NCBI GenBank assembly: GCA_963662655.2
Contig: CAXXTU010000002.1
Location: forward strand, 1,312,001-1,376,000
Length of the DNA: 64,000 nucleotides
Source: Candidatus Cloacimonadales bacterium
Lineage (GTDB): Bacteria > Cloacimonadota > Cloacimonadia > Cloacimonadales > JAIOQZ01
Direction: 5' to 3'
Made by a program: the position numbers and the translations under genes. Below, one piece after another: positions 19,731-30,153 of this stretch. The notes beneath the pieces are model-generated. The model saw only the letters and a list, made by a program, of their open reading frames with translations. It was not told the origin of the DNA and ran no database searches. Every line of letters begins with the position of its first letter. Position 1 is the first letter of the stretch.

Positions 19731-22313
19731 TTATTTAGCGGCGAGCACACGCGCCTTCAAATCCTCGATACCCACGAAATCGGGGTTGATCTCTTCGATC
19801 TGACTGATCTCGGCGAGCGAGTCGTCGTACCTTCCACACTCGAAGAAGATACCGGCCGCCACAAACCGGATGTTGATGCTCTCGGGATGCCGCGAGATGT
19901 ACTTGCTCAGAGGTGCGATGACCAGATTGAAGTCACGCGTACGGTAAGCGATGTTCATCAATCCTTCGATCGCGCTGAGGTTATCCGGATTCTGCTCCGT
20001 AAGCTCCTGTAAGATGTCCTTCGCGCTATCCAGATCCCCTTTCGCGAGGAGGATCGATGAAATCCCGTACATGACCTGCACGTTTCCCGGGGCGATCTCG
20101 TCCGCACGCTGAAGCAGCGGCAACGCTTTCTCCGGCTCGTTCAGGATCAGGTAGCACGAGCCCAGCGTGATCAGGATATCCGGGATGGTGTCGTCGATAT
20201 CGTAGGCTTCCTGGATGAAGCTCAGCGCTTCCGAAGCGCGACTGAGTTTGATCAGGAGCTTGGCCTTCAGTGTGAGAACGTGCAGCAGGATGCTTCGATC
20301 GAAAACCGAGAGGGTATCGATCGTCTGAATTTTCTCCAGCGCTTGACCGTACAACTCCTGTTTGTCCAGCGCAACTGCCGCCATCCATGCGACCTCGGGA
20401 TCGGAAGGAATCATCGCCTCGTAAACGTCCACCTTCTCGTATTTGCCTTGCTTGAAAAGGTAGCGAATCAGCTCTTTCACCTTGCTTGTGTCCGAGGGAT
20501 TCTCTTCGATCTGGCGAATCAACGATTCTTCCCTCTCATCGCTCTCCGTGCCGTCGTCTTCCACGATTTTCAACGCACTCGATGTTTGCCGGACATTTCC
20601 GCCGGAACCGCTGTCAAGGTCGTTGAACTGGAGTCCCGGGAAGGAGAATCCGCCTACTTTTTCCAGAATCGAGACCTCTTTACGCGTAATGTAGGAATCC
20701 AGCGCGAGAGCCGAGATTTTCCCGTCGAGATGCATCGCGCGGAAGATTTCCAGCCAGCTCAGGTTTTTCAGCTCCGGATTCGTGAATATATCCGTCCTTT
20801 CCCAAAGCTCTTTCCTGGACGCAAACACCGGCGTTTCCTGGTATACCGTCTCTTTCCACTGGCCTGTCATGGCGTAGGTGAGTTGCCAGCCGATCAGGTG
20901 CTTGGGCATCTCGTCCGAGACGCGCACGTGGAACCGGAGCTGTTGCAACGTCAGTTCATCCGAATCCTCACATAGCGGGATGATCAAACCGATGCGCTCA
21001 TTCAGGAGCAAGTGGTTGTTCAGCAGGCATGCCATCATGGGCGAAAACTCCCACCTGGCATCCGCATAGATAAAATTCTTTGTCTTGATCTTGTCGAGCG
21101 CGTTCAGTACGGTTTGTAATGGCGTTGCGCCCGATTGGATATCGCCGCCCTGCCTTCCCGCGATCAGAATGTCATAACGATTCAAAAATTTCTTGCTGAC
21201 GGACGACACATCGTATCCGTCTGGGTTATCGATGATAATGGTTCCGCGCGCCACATCCTCCTGCAGAAGGGTCAGGGCGCGGCATACGATCTTCTCGGCG
21301 CTGGTTCCGTCGCGAACGCTGATGAATTGCCGGGCAATCTCACGATTCCTGTCGCTCAGCGTCTGTTTCAGCAGCAGCGAGAACACCCTCTCCTGCAACT
21401 GGTCCAGGGAGGTGATTCGCGTCCCGACATCGCGATACTTGTATTCGAGGTCGTCGGGAGAATAGTTCGGGTAGTCCTTCTGGGTCGGGCTATCGAAAAG
21501 CAGCACCGGTTTATCGAGCGCTGCGAACTCGAAGATGACCGACGAGACATCCGAGATGAGGATGTCAGCCGCGGCAAACGATGGCGAGATATCCATCGAT
21601 TCGGAGTAGTATATATTCTCGTCGCGCTCCGCCAGGATGCGATATTCCCGCTTCCATTCCTCAGGAGCAGCGCCGTGCAGCTTGATGATGATATTCAAGT
21701 AGTTCGGCAAGTACTTACGAAAATCGGTCCGCAGATAGGGGACGATGCTCAGCTCGCGGTTGAATGTAGGAGCAAAGAGGATGGTCTTGTTATCGGGATT
21801 GAGCCCCATGCCCCGAAGCACTTCGTTGCGGTTCCACTCGCCCATGAAGAGGCTGTCGAGCTTGGCCATTCCGGTAACTTCGATGGGAACTCGAACCTGC
21901 TTCTCCAGGATTTCCTTGTGAATCGTACCGGGAACACACATCAGGTCGGCGCAGTTCTCCCGTCGGCTGATGAGCTTGTCCGTAAAAAACCACCCTTTGC
22001 TGATGGTGCCGTGCCCCACGTTGACGATCTTCCCGAGCCCTTCCACATACTGGTAGCTGAAATCTGCCAGGAATGTGATATCCGGCTCCCACTGATAAGG
22101 GTCGTCCACCAGTTCGTACGGAATCCGAACGTTTTCTTTGAGGACTTGCCTGCGCAGCCCCCGCCCGGGAATCCCTTCCTGCGATTCAAAATACTCTACG
22201 GTTCCAATTCCTATTTCACCCAGACCGATATCATGAATGTATTCCATCAACGGTACCAGCATGGGTAGATGAAGTTCGCGTTCGAGAAAGAAGAAAAATC
22301 TTCTCTTCATCAT
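19731..22313 (-). CDS. CDP-glycerol:glycerophosphotransferase-family domain plus C-terminal TPR repeats
   Basis: GHGT, TGMAKLD, ILFAPTF, IKLHG, DILISDVSSVIFEFAALDKP; TPRs in the last 280 aa or so. Confidence 0.75.
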   Translation of the reverse strand: MMKRRFFFFLERELHLPMLVPLMEYIHDIGLGEIGIGTVEYFESQEGIPGRGLRRQVLKENVRIPYELVDDPYQWEPDITFLADFSYQYVEGLGKIVNVGHGTISKGWFFTDKLISRRENCADLMCVPGTIHKEILEKQVRVPIEVTGMAKLDSLFMGEWNRNEVLRGMGLNPDNKTILFAPTFNRELSIVPYLRTDFRKYLPNYLNIIIKLHGAAPEEWKREYRILAERDENIYYSESMDISPSFAAADILISDVSSVIFEFAALDKPVLLFDSPTQKDYPNYSPDDLEYKYRDVGTRITSLDQLQERVFSLLLKQTLSDRNREIARQFISVRDGTSAEKIVCRALTLLQEDVARGTIIIDNPDGYDVSSVSKKFLNRYDILIAGRQGGDIQSGATPLQTVLNALDKIKTKNFIYADARWEFSPMMACLLNNHLLLNERIGLIIPLCEDSDELTLQQLRFHVRVSDEMPKHLIGWQLTYAMTGQWKETVYQETPVFASRKELWERTDIFTNPELKNLSWLEIFRAMHLDGKISALALDSYITRKEVSILEKVGGFSFPGLQFNDLDSGSGGNVRQTSSALKIVEDDGTESDEREESLIRQIEENPSDTSKVKELIRYLFKQGKYEKVDVYEAMIPSDPEVAWMAAVALDKQELYGQALEKIQTIDTLSVFDRSILLHVLTLKAKLLIKLSRASEALSFIQEAYDIDDTIPDILITLGSCYLILNEPEKALPLLQRADEIAPGNVQVMYGISSILLAKGDLDSAKDILQELTEQNPDNLSAIEGLMNIAYRTRDFNLVIAPLSKYISRHPESINIRFVAAGIFFECGRYDDSLAEISQIEEINPDFVGIEDLKARVLAAK

Positions 22314-22340
22314 TGCTCCTTACACTGCCGGTTCAAGTTT

Positions 22341-25172
22341 CTATTTTTTCATCTCGTCTTGAAGATATTTCACATACGGGCCGACGGTTTCATCGCCCTG
22401 ATACGCCCTGATCTTTTCGAGGAGAGCAAGACCCTCTTCATACAATTGGGCGTATATGATCGGGCCCACGACCGCTCCGCAAAGCCGCGGATTCAGCGGG
22501 TCGATCTCGATGGCCCTTTCGAGCATCTTCAAACCCTCTTCCTTTCTATCCTGAGCAAGGAGGAAATCCCCCATGTCGATGTAATTGAGGAAATTCTCCG
22601 GTTCGAGATCAATCGCCTTCTGCATGGTCAGAACAGCTCTTTCCGGATTGCCGTTTTGCAGATAGAGTTCCGCAAGTTCAGCGTAGAAGGCGGCACGATC
22701 TCCCCTGGACAGGCTATCGGAAATCGATTCGAGCTGGGATTCCTGAAGTTTGATCTTCTCGATCATCTCGTCGCGCTTCTGATAGAGCGTCTTCAGGCTT
22801 CTGATCACGCCCTGGTTGTCTTTGACAAACGCCGTGCCTTTTTCCATGTATTCGATGGCGGTATTCAGATCGCCGCGTTCGAGGTAGTATCTGGAAGCGC
22901 GCATGATGTACGATGCGCCGTAGTTTCCGAGAAGCCGCAACGTGTTCGGGTCTTTGTACATGGTGCTGTCGAATATCCCGCGGTACTGGTAAATCTCTTC
23001 AACGTTTTCCAGAAGTCTGTCGATATCCGTATTGTCCTCGCGCCTGACCGGTACCAGACGGTCGATCATACCTTCGTTGCGACGGTAGTTCGCGAGTCCA
23101 AGCTTCTGTACAAAATCGGTTGGTTTCGAGTCGGGAACGGTTACCGCGATGTAGATTGGCCGTTTACCGTAGTTGTCGCGGATAATCTGGAGAGCGGCCA
23201 GCTCGTTGCTGTAGAGTACCGTGTTTTCTTTCAGCTCGATGAAGAAGTCATCCGCCGGATTCTCGGATTCGAGCTTGATCTTTCCGCTGCGCGGCAACTG
23301 AACCGGGTAAAGCGGTGTTTGATACTTGGCCGGTGTAATCAGGCTGTCGGGAAGATTGAACTCGATGCCTTCCTTATCACGAAGCTGCCGGATGTACCAG
23401 CCCGTGTTCAGCAGACTGAGGTTCGCCACCGAGACATCGAGGCGTATGCCCTTGCACTGCTCTTTCTTGTATTCCATCGCCTGCGCGATCATTTCCTTTG
23501 TCTTGTCGGTCGGATAGACATCCTTCGCGGGGTACATGTGCTCGATTGCGTCGGGATCATGCACCGCCTGCGCATACCAGAGCGGGAAGGTATCGTTGTC
23601 GCCGTTGGTGAAAACAATCGCGTTTTCTTCCAGGCTGTTCAGGAAGTTCATGCCGTAGTCCAGAGCGATAACGTCTTTGGAGCGGTCATGAATGAAGTAT
23701 TGCGTCGCAAAATTTCCGATGGGAATCAGAAGCGCTATCACCAAAACAACATACGCAAACGGCTTGAAGTTGTCCCAGAAAAAGCGTATGGTTCCGATGC
23801 AACCGATCGCCATCCACACCGTCCAGAGGTAATACGCGTTCGTAAAGAAGTATTCGCGGTCACGAACTTCGGCATCGGAAAGGTTCATCACGAAGATCAT
23901 TGCGATCGAGCTCATGAAGTAAAACGAAAAGAAGTAGGCGAATGAATGCTTGTTACGCTTTGCCTGGAAGTAGATACCCGTGAACCCCAGCAGCGCGACG
24001 ATCAGGTTGGCCATCGTCTGGAAAAGTTGCTGTCCGCCGCCAAGCCATTCACCGATGACATCCGCGCGGAAGAACTGCCACGAGAAATAACGCAGGAAGT
24101 GGAAGTCGAACTGGTAGAAGAGTGAGGCTCTGCGCTCCATAAAACTCGTCGCGCCGTACTGCCGGCGGAGAATGTAGTCCATGAAGAGCGGGATGTTGTG
24201 TGGATAGCCTTCATTGATGAAGGGTCGCAGCGAGGAGCGAACCAGCAGAAACACGTGCGAGCTGAGCCCGATAATCACAAAGAGCAAGGCGAGCTGCCAG
24301 GTTTTGAGCGCGACCTTATCTCGCAGATGGAACCAGAGAAGGCCGATCGCCGTTAGTGCGAACATCCATTTGCCCAGGCTTGGAACGCGAACGCCCTCGC
24401 CAAGCGAGTTGAAGAGAACGTATATGATGACGATTCCGACGAGATAAATGCCGGTGCGTGTCCAAAATCCAGCGCTTCTCGCGTTCATGCGAAGGATCGG
24501 GTAAACCGCCACGAACAGGAACGCTGGGGCGATTTGCAGGGAGGTCTGATGTATACCGAATCCAAGGAAGAATATGTAGATGATCAGAAGCAGGAGATTC
24601 TGGTGCGAAAAATTCCTCGATTTCTCCACCCACACCAGTGTAAGCCACATGATGAGGTTGATGATCAAGCTCAGCCCGGAATAGACTTCCGCCTCGATCG
24701 CGTTGTTCCAGAAGGTGTAGGAGAAGGCGGTCAGCATCGAAGCCAAAATACCAGCGACGTAAACCAGGAGCGGCTTGTCCTCGAACATGCTGACAAGCTT
24801 TACGGTGAACAGGTAAAGGAACATCACGGCGAGCGCAGACATGAGTCCCGAGAGGAAATTGATGACCAGCGCGTGCGGTAAATGCAAACCGAGGATCGCC
24901 GAGAACCTGCCCAGCATGATGTAGAAGGGGTTTCCCGGAGGATGCGGTACACCGAGTATGCTGCTGCATGTGATGTATTCGCCACAATCCCAGAAGGAAA
25001 GCGACCTCGCCTGGGTCATCATGTAAATCGCCAGCGCGATGGCAAACATGGCCAGCGCGATGATCAGATTGGTTCGCTTGTTCACGACCGGTTGCGGGAA
25101 AAGCTTTCGATCGATGTAATAGTCGGCGGGATCCATTGCGCCGGGTCTGATTTTTTTAGTACCGGAAATCAT
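22341..25172 (-). CDS. DUF2723/TMEM260-like membrane glycosyltransferase with TPR tail
   Basis: SFWDCGEY..LGVPHPPGNP, EAEVY, VRDREYFF, FTNGDNDTFPLWY; many TM helices; SD GGAG before ATG 25172. Confidence 0.88.
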   Translation of the reverse strand: MISGTKKIRPGAMDPADYYIDRKLFPQPVVNKRTNLIIALAMFAIALAIYMMTQARSLSFWDCGEYITCSSILGVPHPPGNPFYIMLGRFSAILGLHLPHALVINFLSGLMSALAVMFLYLFTVKLVSMFEDKPLLVYVAGILASMLTAFSYTFWNNAIEAEVYSGLSLIINLIMWLTLVWVEKSRNFSHQNLLLLIIYIFFLGFGIHQTSLQIAPAFLFVAVYPILRMNARSAGFWTRTGIYLVGIVIIYVLFNSLGEGVRVPSLGKWMFALTAIGLLWFHLRDKVALKTWQLALLFVIIGLSSHVFLLVRSSLRPFINEGYPHNIPLFMDYILRRQYGATSFMERRASLFYQFDFHFLRYFSWQFFRADVIGEWLGGGQQLFQTMANLIVALLGFTGIYFQAKRNKHSFAYFFSFYFMSSIAMIFVMNLSDAEVRDREYFFTNAYYLWTVWMAIGCIGTIRFFWDNFKPFAYVVLVIALLIPIGNFATQYFIHDRSKDVIALDYGMNFLNSLEENAIVFTNGDNDTFPLWYAQAVHDPDAIEHMYPAKDVYPTDKTKEMIAQAMEYKKEQCKGIRLDVSVANLSLLNTGWYIRQLRDKEGIEFNLPDSLITPAKYQTPLYPVQLPRSGKIKLESENPADDFFIELKENTVLYSNELAALQIIRDNYGKRPIYIAVTVPDSKPTDFVQKLGLANYRRNEGMIDRLVPVRREDNTDIDRLLENVEEIYQYRGIFDSTMYKDPNTLRLLGNYGASYIMRASRYYLERGDLNTAIEYMEKGTAFVKDNQGVIRSLKTLYQKRDEMIEKIKLQESQLESISDSLSRGDRAAFYAELAELYLQNGNPERAVLTMQKAIDLEPENFLNYIDMGDFLLAQDRKEEGLKMLERAIEIDPLNPRLCGAVVGPIIYAQLYEEGLALLEKIRAYQGDETVGPYVKYLQDEMKK

Positions 25173-25789
25173 GTACACTCCCTGACATTCATTATTTTGC
25201 AAAAAACTATGCTTACTCTAAAACGATCTCGACATCCTGCTTTATATCGCCGGTTTCCATCAGTGTTTGGCCAACCTTTTTTATCTCGCTATCGTTCTCC
25301 GAGATTTTTCTGGATATCTTTCGCAAGTTAATCGCGTTGTTTCCGTATCCGAATACGATTCAGTCATTTCATCATTTCAAGAACGAATCGCTCAAAGGCA
25401 GATTAACGTCAAGCAAATAAATACCGAAATATTGAACGGCTGCGAGGGCGCAGTATTACATTCAGGATTATACCGGGGTACATTCCGACCGGACTTCCGT
25501 TCTATCGAACAACATGCCGGGAAAATACTTTCGGGCGATGTGCTGGCTCGCGGTTGCACTCTCTATCCTGGATATCGTCGTGCTTGACAATTTTTATGGA
25601 TTAATAAGGTTGACATCCTGCATCTGGCATACGTAATCGTGCAGCTACACAGTTTCTACATCGCTATGTCATGAATCCGTACTCCAAGGATTGTGGAAAT
25701 TGTTCTCCTGAAACGATTTTCCGGTTGTTTATCGATCGGATTTATGGTATTTCCATCGGAAAGTCGTATAATAATTTGCGGAGGTTAAT

Positions 25790-28126
25790 ATGGGTATTCC
25801 AGCAATTTGGTATATCGCACCGTTCGGCGCGGTATTCGCCCTTATTTTTGCATTTATCCTTTTTATCAATGTCAAACGGGAGAATCCCGGAAGCGACAGG
25901 ATGAAACAGATCGCCCAGTACGTGCGAGACGGAGCATTCGCTTACCTGAGGCAGCAGTACAAAGGCGTTGGCTTGTTCTTCCTGATCGTGTTCATCTTGT
26001 TCAACATCATGGCATGGGGTCTCAAGGTTCTCCACCCGTTGATCCCGTGGGCATTCCTAACAGGTGGTTTCTTCAGCGGTTTGGCCGGTTGGATCGGTAT
26101 GAACACCGCAACGATGGCTTCGAACCGTACCGCTCAGGGAGCTACTGAAAGCTTGAACAAAGGCTTGAAAATCGCATTCCGCGCCGGTGGCGTAATGGGA
26201 CTGGTCGTTGTCGGCCTCGCTTTGATCGACATCTCGATCTGGTTCTACGTGCTCAACGCGATGGAAATGGATTTACACACCATAACCGTTATCATGCTCA
26301 GCTTCGGTATGGGCGCATCCACGCAGGCGCTTTTCGCGCGTCTGGGTGGCGGTATCTACACGAAGGCGGCGGATGTCGGCGCGGATCTCGTTGGTAAAGT
26401 TGAAGCTGGAATTCCTGAAGACGACCCTCGCAACCCCGCAACGATCGCGGACAACGTGGGCGACAACGTGGGCGATGTGGCCGGTATGGGCGCTGACCTC
26501 TACGAATCCTACGCCGGATCGATTCTCGCGACCGCAGCGCTCGGTATGGCGGCTGTCGCTCAGCTCTTTGGCGGAGCGGAAAACTTCCATGAGCTCGCAA
26601 TCAGATTCGTAACCGCACCGATGGTTCTCGCCGGTGTGGGCGCATTCCTTTCCATCATTGGAATCTACATGGCTTCCACTAAAGAGAACGCAACCATGAA
26701 GGATCTCATGTTCGCGCTCAACAAGGGTGTTTACGGAAGCTCAATCCTTATCGCGATCGCTGCGTTCTTCGTTTGCAAGTACATGCTACCTGAGACCGTC
26801 TGGTTCGGTGTGTTCCTGGCATCCGTCATCGGACTTCTGGCCGGTATCCTGATCGGATACTTCACCGAACGGGCAACCTCCGACGCGTACAAACCCACAC
26901 AGGGAATCGCGGAGCAATCGGATTTCGGTCCTGCTACTGTGATCATCGAAGGTCTTGCCGTTGGTATGCAATCGACCATGGCCCCGGTTATCGTGATCGG
27001 TATCGCGATCCTGGCTGCATTCAGTGTCAGCGGCGGTTTCCACAGTCCCGAGATGGGTCTTTACGGAATCGGCTTCGGCGCAGTCGGCATGCTCGCAACC
27101 CTTGGTGTGACCCTGGCGATGGACGCATTCGGCCCAATCGCGGACAACGCGGGTGGTAACGCCGAAATGTGTCACCTTCCCAAGGAAGTCCGCACACGCA
27201 CCGACGCTCTCGACTCCGTGGGTAACACAACCGCGGCGACGGGTAAAGGTTTCGCGATCGGTTCCGCAGCGCTTACCGCGATGGCCCTCCTGGCAGCCTA
27301 CCTCGAGGAAGTCCGTACCGGATTCCTCATGATGGCCGACAAGATGGGTGTCGATCGCGGCCTGCATCAAATCTACATCGCCGTTTCCGACAAGTGGATC
27401 ACCACCCAGAACGCTACGGCTGTCGATTTCATGTACTTTTTCAATGTCAACCTCATGAACCCGAAATTCCTCGTCGGCATCTTCATCGGCGCAATGGTCT
27501 CCTTCGTGTTCGCGGCCCTCACCATGAAGGCTGTGGGACGCGCAGCGGGGGCGATGGTTGCCGAAGTGCGCCGTCAATTCAAGGAAATCCCGGGCATCAT
27601 GGAAGGTAAAGCCGAACCCGAATACGCCAAGTGCGTTATGATATCCACCAAAGGCGCGCAGAAAGAGATGGTCGCTCCGGCCCTTCTCGGTATCCTCACA
27701 CCAATCGCCGTGGGACTGGTTCTCGGCATCGCGGGTGTTCTTGGTCTGCTTGCCGGCGGACTCACGACCGGTTTCGTGCTGGCCGTTATGATGAACAACG
27801 CCGGTGGCGCATGGGACAACGCCAAGAAGTATATCGAAAAAGGTAACTACAACGGCAAGGGCTCCGAAAACCACCACGCGTGTGTTGTTGGCGATACCGT
27901 CGGCGATCCATTCAAGGATACCGCAGGTCCTTCCATCAACATCCTCATCAAGCTCATGAACATGATCAGTATCGTTTTCGCGGGTCTGATCGTCGCGTAC
28001 TCGCCGAAGATCGAAATGCTCTACTCGAAAGAGCAGGTCGAGAAACGCCTGACACGCACAGCGACAGAGCACGTTGAAATCCAGAAGACGCTTCCGGATA
28101 ACAGCGATATCAAATCAACTCGATAA
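25790..28126 (+). CDS. hppA: Membrane-bound K+-dependent (probably Na+-translocating) pyrophosphatase
   Basis: KAADVGADLVGKVE, DNVGDNVGD, GNTTAA (Ala at the K+-dependence position), GDTVGDPFKD. Confidence 0.95.
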   Translation: MGIPAIWYIAPFGAVFALIFAFILFINVKRENPGSDRMKQIAQYVRDGAFAYLRQQYKGVGLFFLIVFILFNIMAWGLKVLHPLIPWAFLTGGFFSGLAGWIGMNTATMASNRTAQGATESLNKGLKIAFRAGGVMGLVVVGLALIDISIWFYVLNAMEMDLHTITVIMLSFGMGASTQALFARLGGGIYTKAADVGADLVGKVEAGIPEDDPRNPATIADNVGDNVGDVAGMGADLYESYAGSILATAALGMAAVAQLFGGAENFHELAIRFVTAPMVLAGVGAFLSIIGIYMASTKENATMKDLMFALNKGVYGSSILIAIAAFFVCKYMLPETVWFGVFLASVIGLLAGILIGYFTERATSDAYKPTQGIAEQSDFGPATVIIEGLAVGMQSTMAPVIVIGIAILAAFSVSGGFHSPEMGLYGIGFGAVGMLATLGVTLAMDAFGPIADNAGGNAEMCHLPKEVRTRTDALDSVGNTTAATGKGFAIGSAALTAMALLAAYLEEVRTGFLMMADKMGVDRGLHQIYIAVSDKWITTQNATAVDFMYFFNVNLMNPKFLVGIFIGAMVSFVFAALTMKAVGRAAGAMVAEVRRQFKEIPGIMEGKAEPEYAKCVMISTKGAQKEMVAPALLGILTPIAVGLVLGIAGVLGLLAGGLTTGFVLAVMMNNAGGAWDNAKKYIEKGNYNGKGSENHHACVVGDTVGDPFKDTAGPSINILIKLMNMISIVFAGLIVAYSPKIEMLYSKEQVEKRLTRTATEHVEIQKTLPDNSDIKSTR

Positions 28127-28135
28127 ATCATTCCC

Positions 28136-28168
28136 GGAGCGGGATCGAGAGGTCTCGCTCCTTTCTTC
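28136..28168 (+). terminator. Probable intrinsic terminator after hppA
   Basis: GGAGCGGGATC-GAGA-GGTCTCGCTCC hairpin followed by TTTCTTC. Confidence 0.55.
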
Positions 28169-28171
28169 ATC

Positions 28172-29020
28172 ATGAAACGAACACTCATCCTTTTCGGCAT
28201 CCTCATGGTTATCCTGCTTGGATTCTTCCTCTTCAGCAAGACGAAGAACGCAGCGCTAGGATTTGTCGTGACCTCCCCGGAGGCAGCGGAAATCCTCTGC
28301 GCCATCGGAGCGGAGGGCCGGATCGTAGCCGTCACCGCAGAGTGTGATTATCCTCCGTCGCTTCAGCAATTACCCAAGGTGGGATCCTTTTCGCAGATCA
28401 GCATCGAGGAAGTCCTCGGCTACAATCCCAAGCTCGTTTTCGCCACGGTTCCCACGCAGCAGGCATTCATCCATGATCTGGCAAAGCTGGGTGTTCAAAC
28501 GGAAACCGTATACATGCGAACCTTCGACGACCTGCTTCGAACAATCGACCGTTTCGGAACGCTTTCCGATCTGGAATCGGATGCAAGCGCTCTTTCCGCG
28601 CGTCTACGCACGACGATCGAGCAATACACCCTTGCGCCGGACTACCGCCCCTGGGTCTATGTCGAAATCGGCGATCACTTCTGGACCGCGTCCGACAACA
28701 CATTCCTCGGAGACATGATCCGTCACGCGGGGGGACGCGTTCTCTTCCACGATCTCCCTAACGATTATGGGAAGGCCTCGCAGGAAGAGGTTGCCGCACG
28801 GAATCCCGACGTGATATTCGTCACCTACCCGGGCGTTTCCACAAGCGATGTGAGAAGCCGGCGCGGATGGCAGGACATCACCGCCTGCAAGGAGAATCGC
28901 ATCATCACGCTCGAAGACATCGACGCGGACATCGTCAACCGCGCAACGCCGCGCTCCGTTGACGCTCTGCGCGTGCTGGGAGAACTCCTTCACAAGGTTC
29001 CGGTTCATGACGTCGAGTAG
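28172..29020 (+). CDS. ABC transporter substrate-binding protein (BtuF/helical-backbone type)
   Basis: SPEAAEILCAIGA, CDYP, SIEEVL..NPKLV, EEV..RNPDVI. Confidence 0.85.
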   Translation: MKRTLILFGILMVILLGFFLFSKTKNAALGFVVTSPEAAEILCAIGAEGRIVAVTAECDYPPSLQQLPKVGSFSQISIEEVLGYNPKLVFATVPTQQAFIHDLAKLGVQTETVYMRTFDDLLRTIDRFGTLSDLESDASALSARLRTTIEQYTLAPDYRPWVYVEIGDHFWTASDNTFLGDMIRHAGGRVLFHDLPNDYGKASQEEVAARNPDVIFVTYPGVSTSDVRSRRGWQDITACKENRIITLEDIDADIVNRATPRSVDALRVLGELLHKVPVHDVE

Positions 29021-29966
29021 CCATAAAACTATCCATTTTCTGCTTCTCGTCCTCATCGCTTTCGCGATCATCGCCGTGTATCTGTGGTTCGACACCGCCG
29101 ACTCCGCCGCCGTGATGAATTTCCGCCTTCCACGACTGCTTCTGGCCTTCGTGGCGGGATTTGTCCTTGCCGGAGTGGGAAGCACGTACCAAGCCCTGCT
29201 GAACAACCCGCTCGCTGAGCCGTACATCCTGGGGACTTCCGCCGGAGCCGCGCTGGGCAGCACTATCGGGATCATCATGAATCTCTGGTGGCTGGTGCCG
29301 GTTTTCGGTTTCATCGGAGCCCTGGCGAGCATGGCCATCGTGTGGTTCCTGGCTCGAGGCAGCGGACTGCTCGATAAAAACCGGCTTCTCCTCTCTGGAA
29401 TTGTGACCGGCATGTTCTTCTCGGCGCTCATTTCCCTCCTGATGTACCTGAATCAGCAGAAATTGGGAAGCATCATCAACATCCTCCTGGGGAATCTCGA
29501 ACCGGTATTCACCGCGAGCGAGTGGTACTTCTTCCTGGGGGTGTCCGGCATTTCGCTGCTCCTGATGCTCTACCTGTTCATGCAAGCGAATCACCTTACC
29601 GCGCTCACTTCGGGAGACCTCATCGCGACCAGCCTCGGTCTCGACGTGCGCAAGATTCGCATCCGCCTCTATATCGTGTGCTCGATCCTGACGGGAATCG
29701 TCGTATCCTACGCGGGAATCATCGGATTCGTCGGGTTGATCGTCCCGCACATGACCCGCATGCTCTTCGGCGTCAATCAGCGCCGCAACATGATCACTGC
29801 GTCGTTTCTCGGCGCCATCCTCCTGATCCTGTGCGATTTCATCGCCAAGCATGTGGGAAAAATCATCTACAGCGGTGTCGCCATCGAAATCCCTGTGGGT
29901 GTTATCACCTCTTTCTTCGGTGCGCCATTCTTCCTCTGGATCATGTCCCGCAGTTCAAAAAACTGA
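29007..29966 (+). CDS. FecCD/BtuC-family ABC permease
   Basis: FRLPR, NPLAEPYILGTSAGA, GIIGFVGLIVPH, EIPVGVIT..GAPFF. Confidence 0.92.
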   Translation: MTSSSHKTIHFLLLVLIAFAIIAVYLWFDTADSAAVMNFRLPRLLLAFVAGFVLAGVGSTYQALLNNPLAEPYILGTSAGAALGSTIGIIMNLWWLVPVFGFIGALASMAIVWFLARGSGLLDKNRLLLSGIVTGMFFSALISLLMYLNQQKLGSIINILLGNLEPVFTASEWYFFLGVSGISLLLMLYLFMQANHLTALTSGDLIATSLGLDVRKIRIRLYIVCSILTGIVVSYAGIIGFVGLIVPHMTRMLFGVNQRRNMITASFLGAILLILCDFIAKHVGKIIYSGVAIEIPVGVITSFFGAPFFLWIMSRSSKN

Positions 29967-30153
29967 TCCGGTTAGTTTCCTGTTAAAACCATCGCCCATC
30001 CCTAACTCCGTTTATTGCTCCAGCAATAACTGAGCAGCCATTCACCCCATTTACTGCGAGTTTATCAACAATTTACAATCCGAATGTAAGAATCTGTGTA
30101 TCGGGATTTGGAACGGTTTTGAGTATTGGAGAATAAATCATAGAGGAAAGGAT

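Noticed and set aside
22269..23945. Long antisense ORFs (e.g. 558 aa here, 428 aa at 26786-28072, 377 aa at 21135-22268, 348 aa at 12208-13254)
   Set aside because: They shadow well-supported genes on the opposite strand, as expected from codon bias, and show no protein motifs
25203..25789. Long intergenic region upstream of hppA as a riboswitch or sRNA
   Set aside because: No recognisable aptamer consensus or convincing stems; two TTGACA hexamers lack well-spaced -10 boxes
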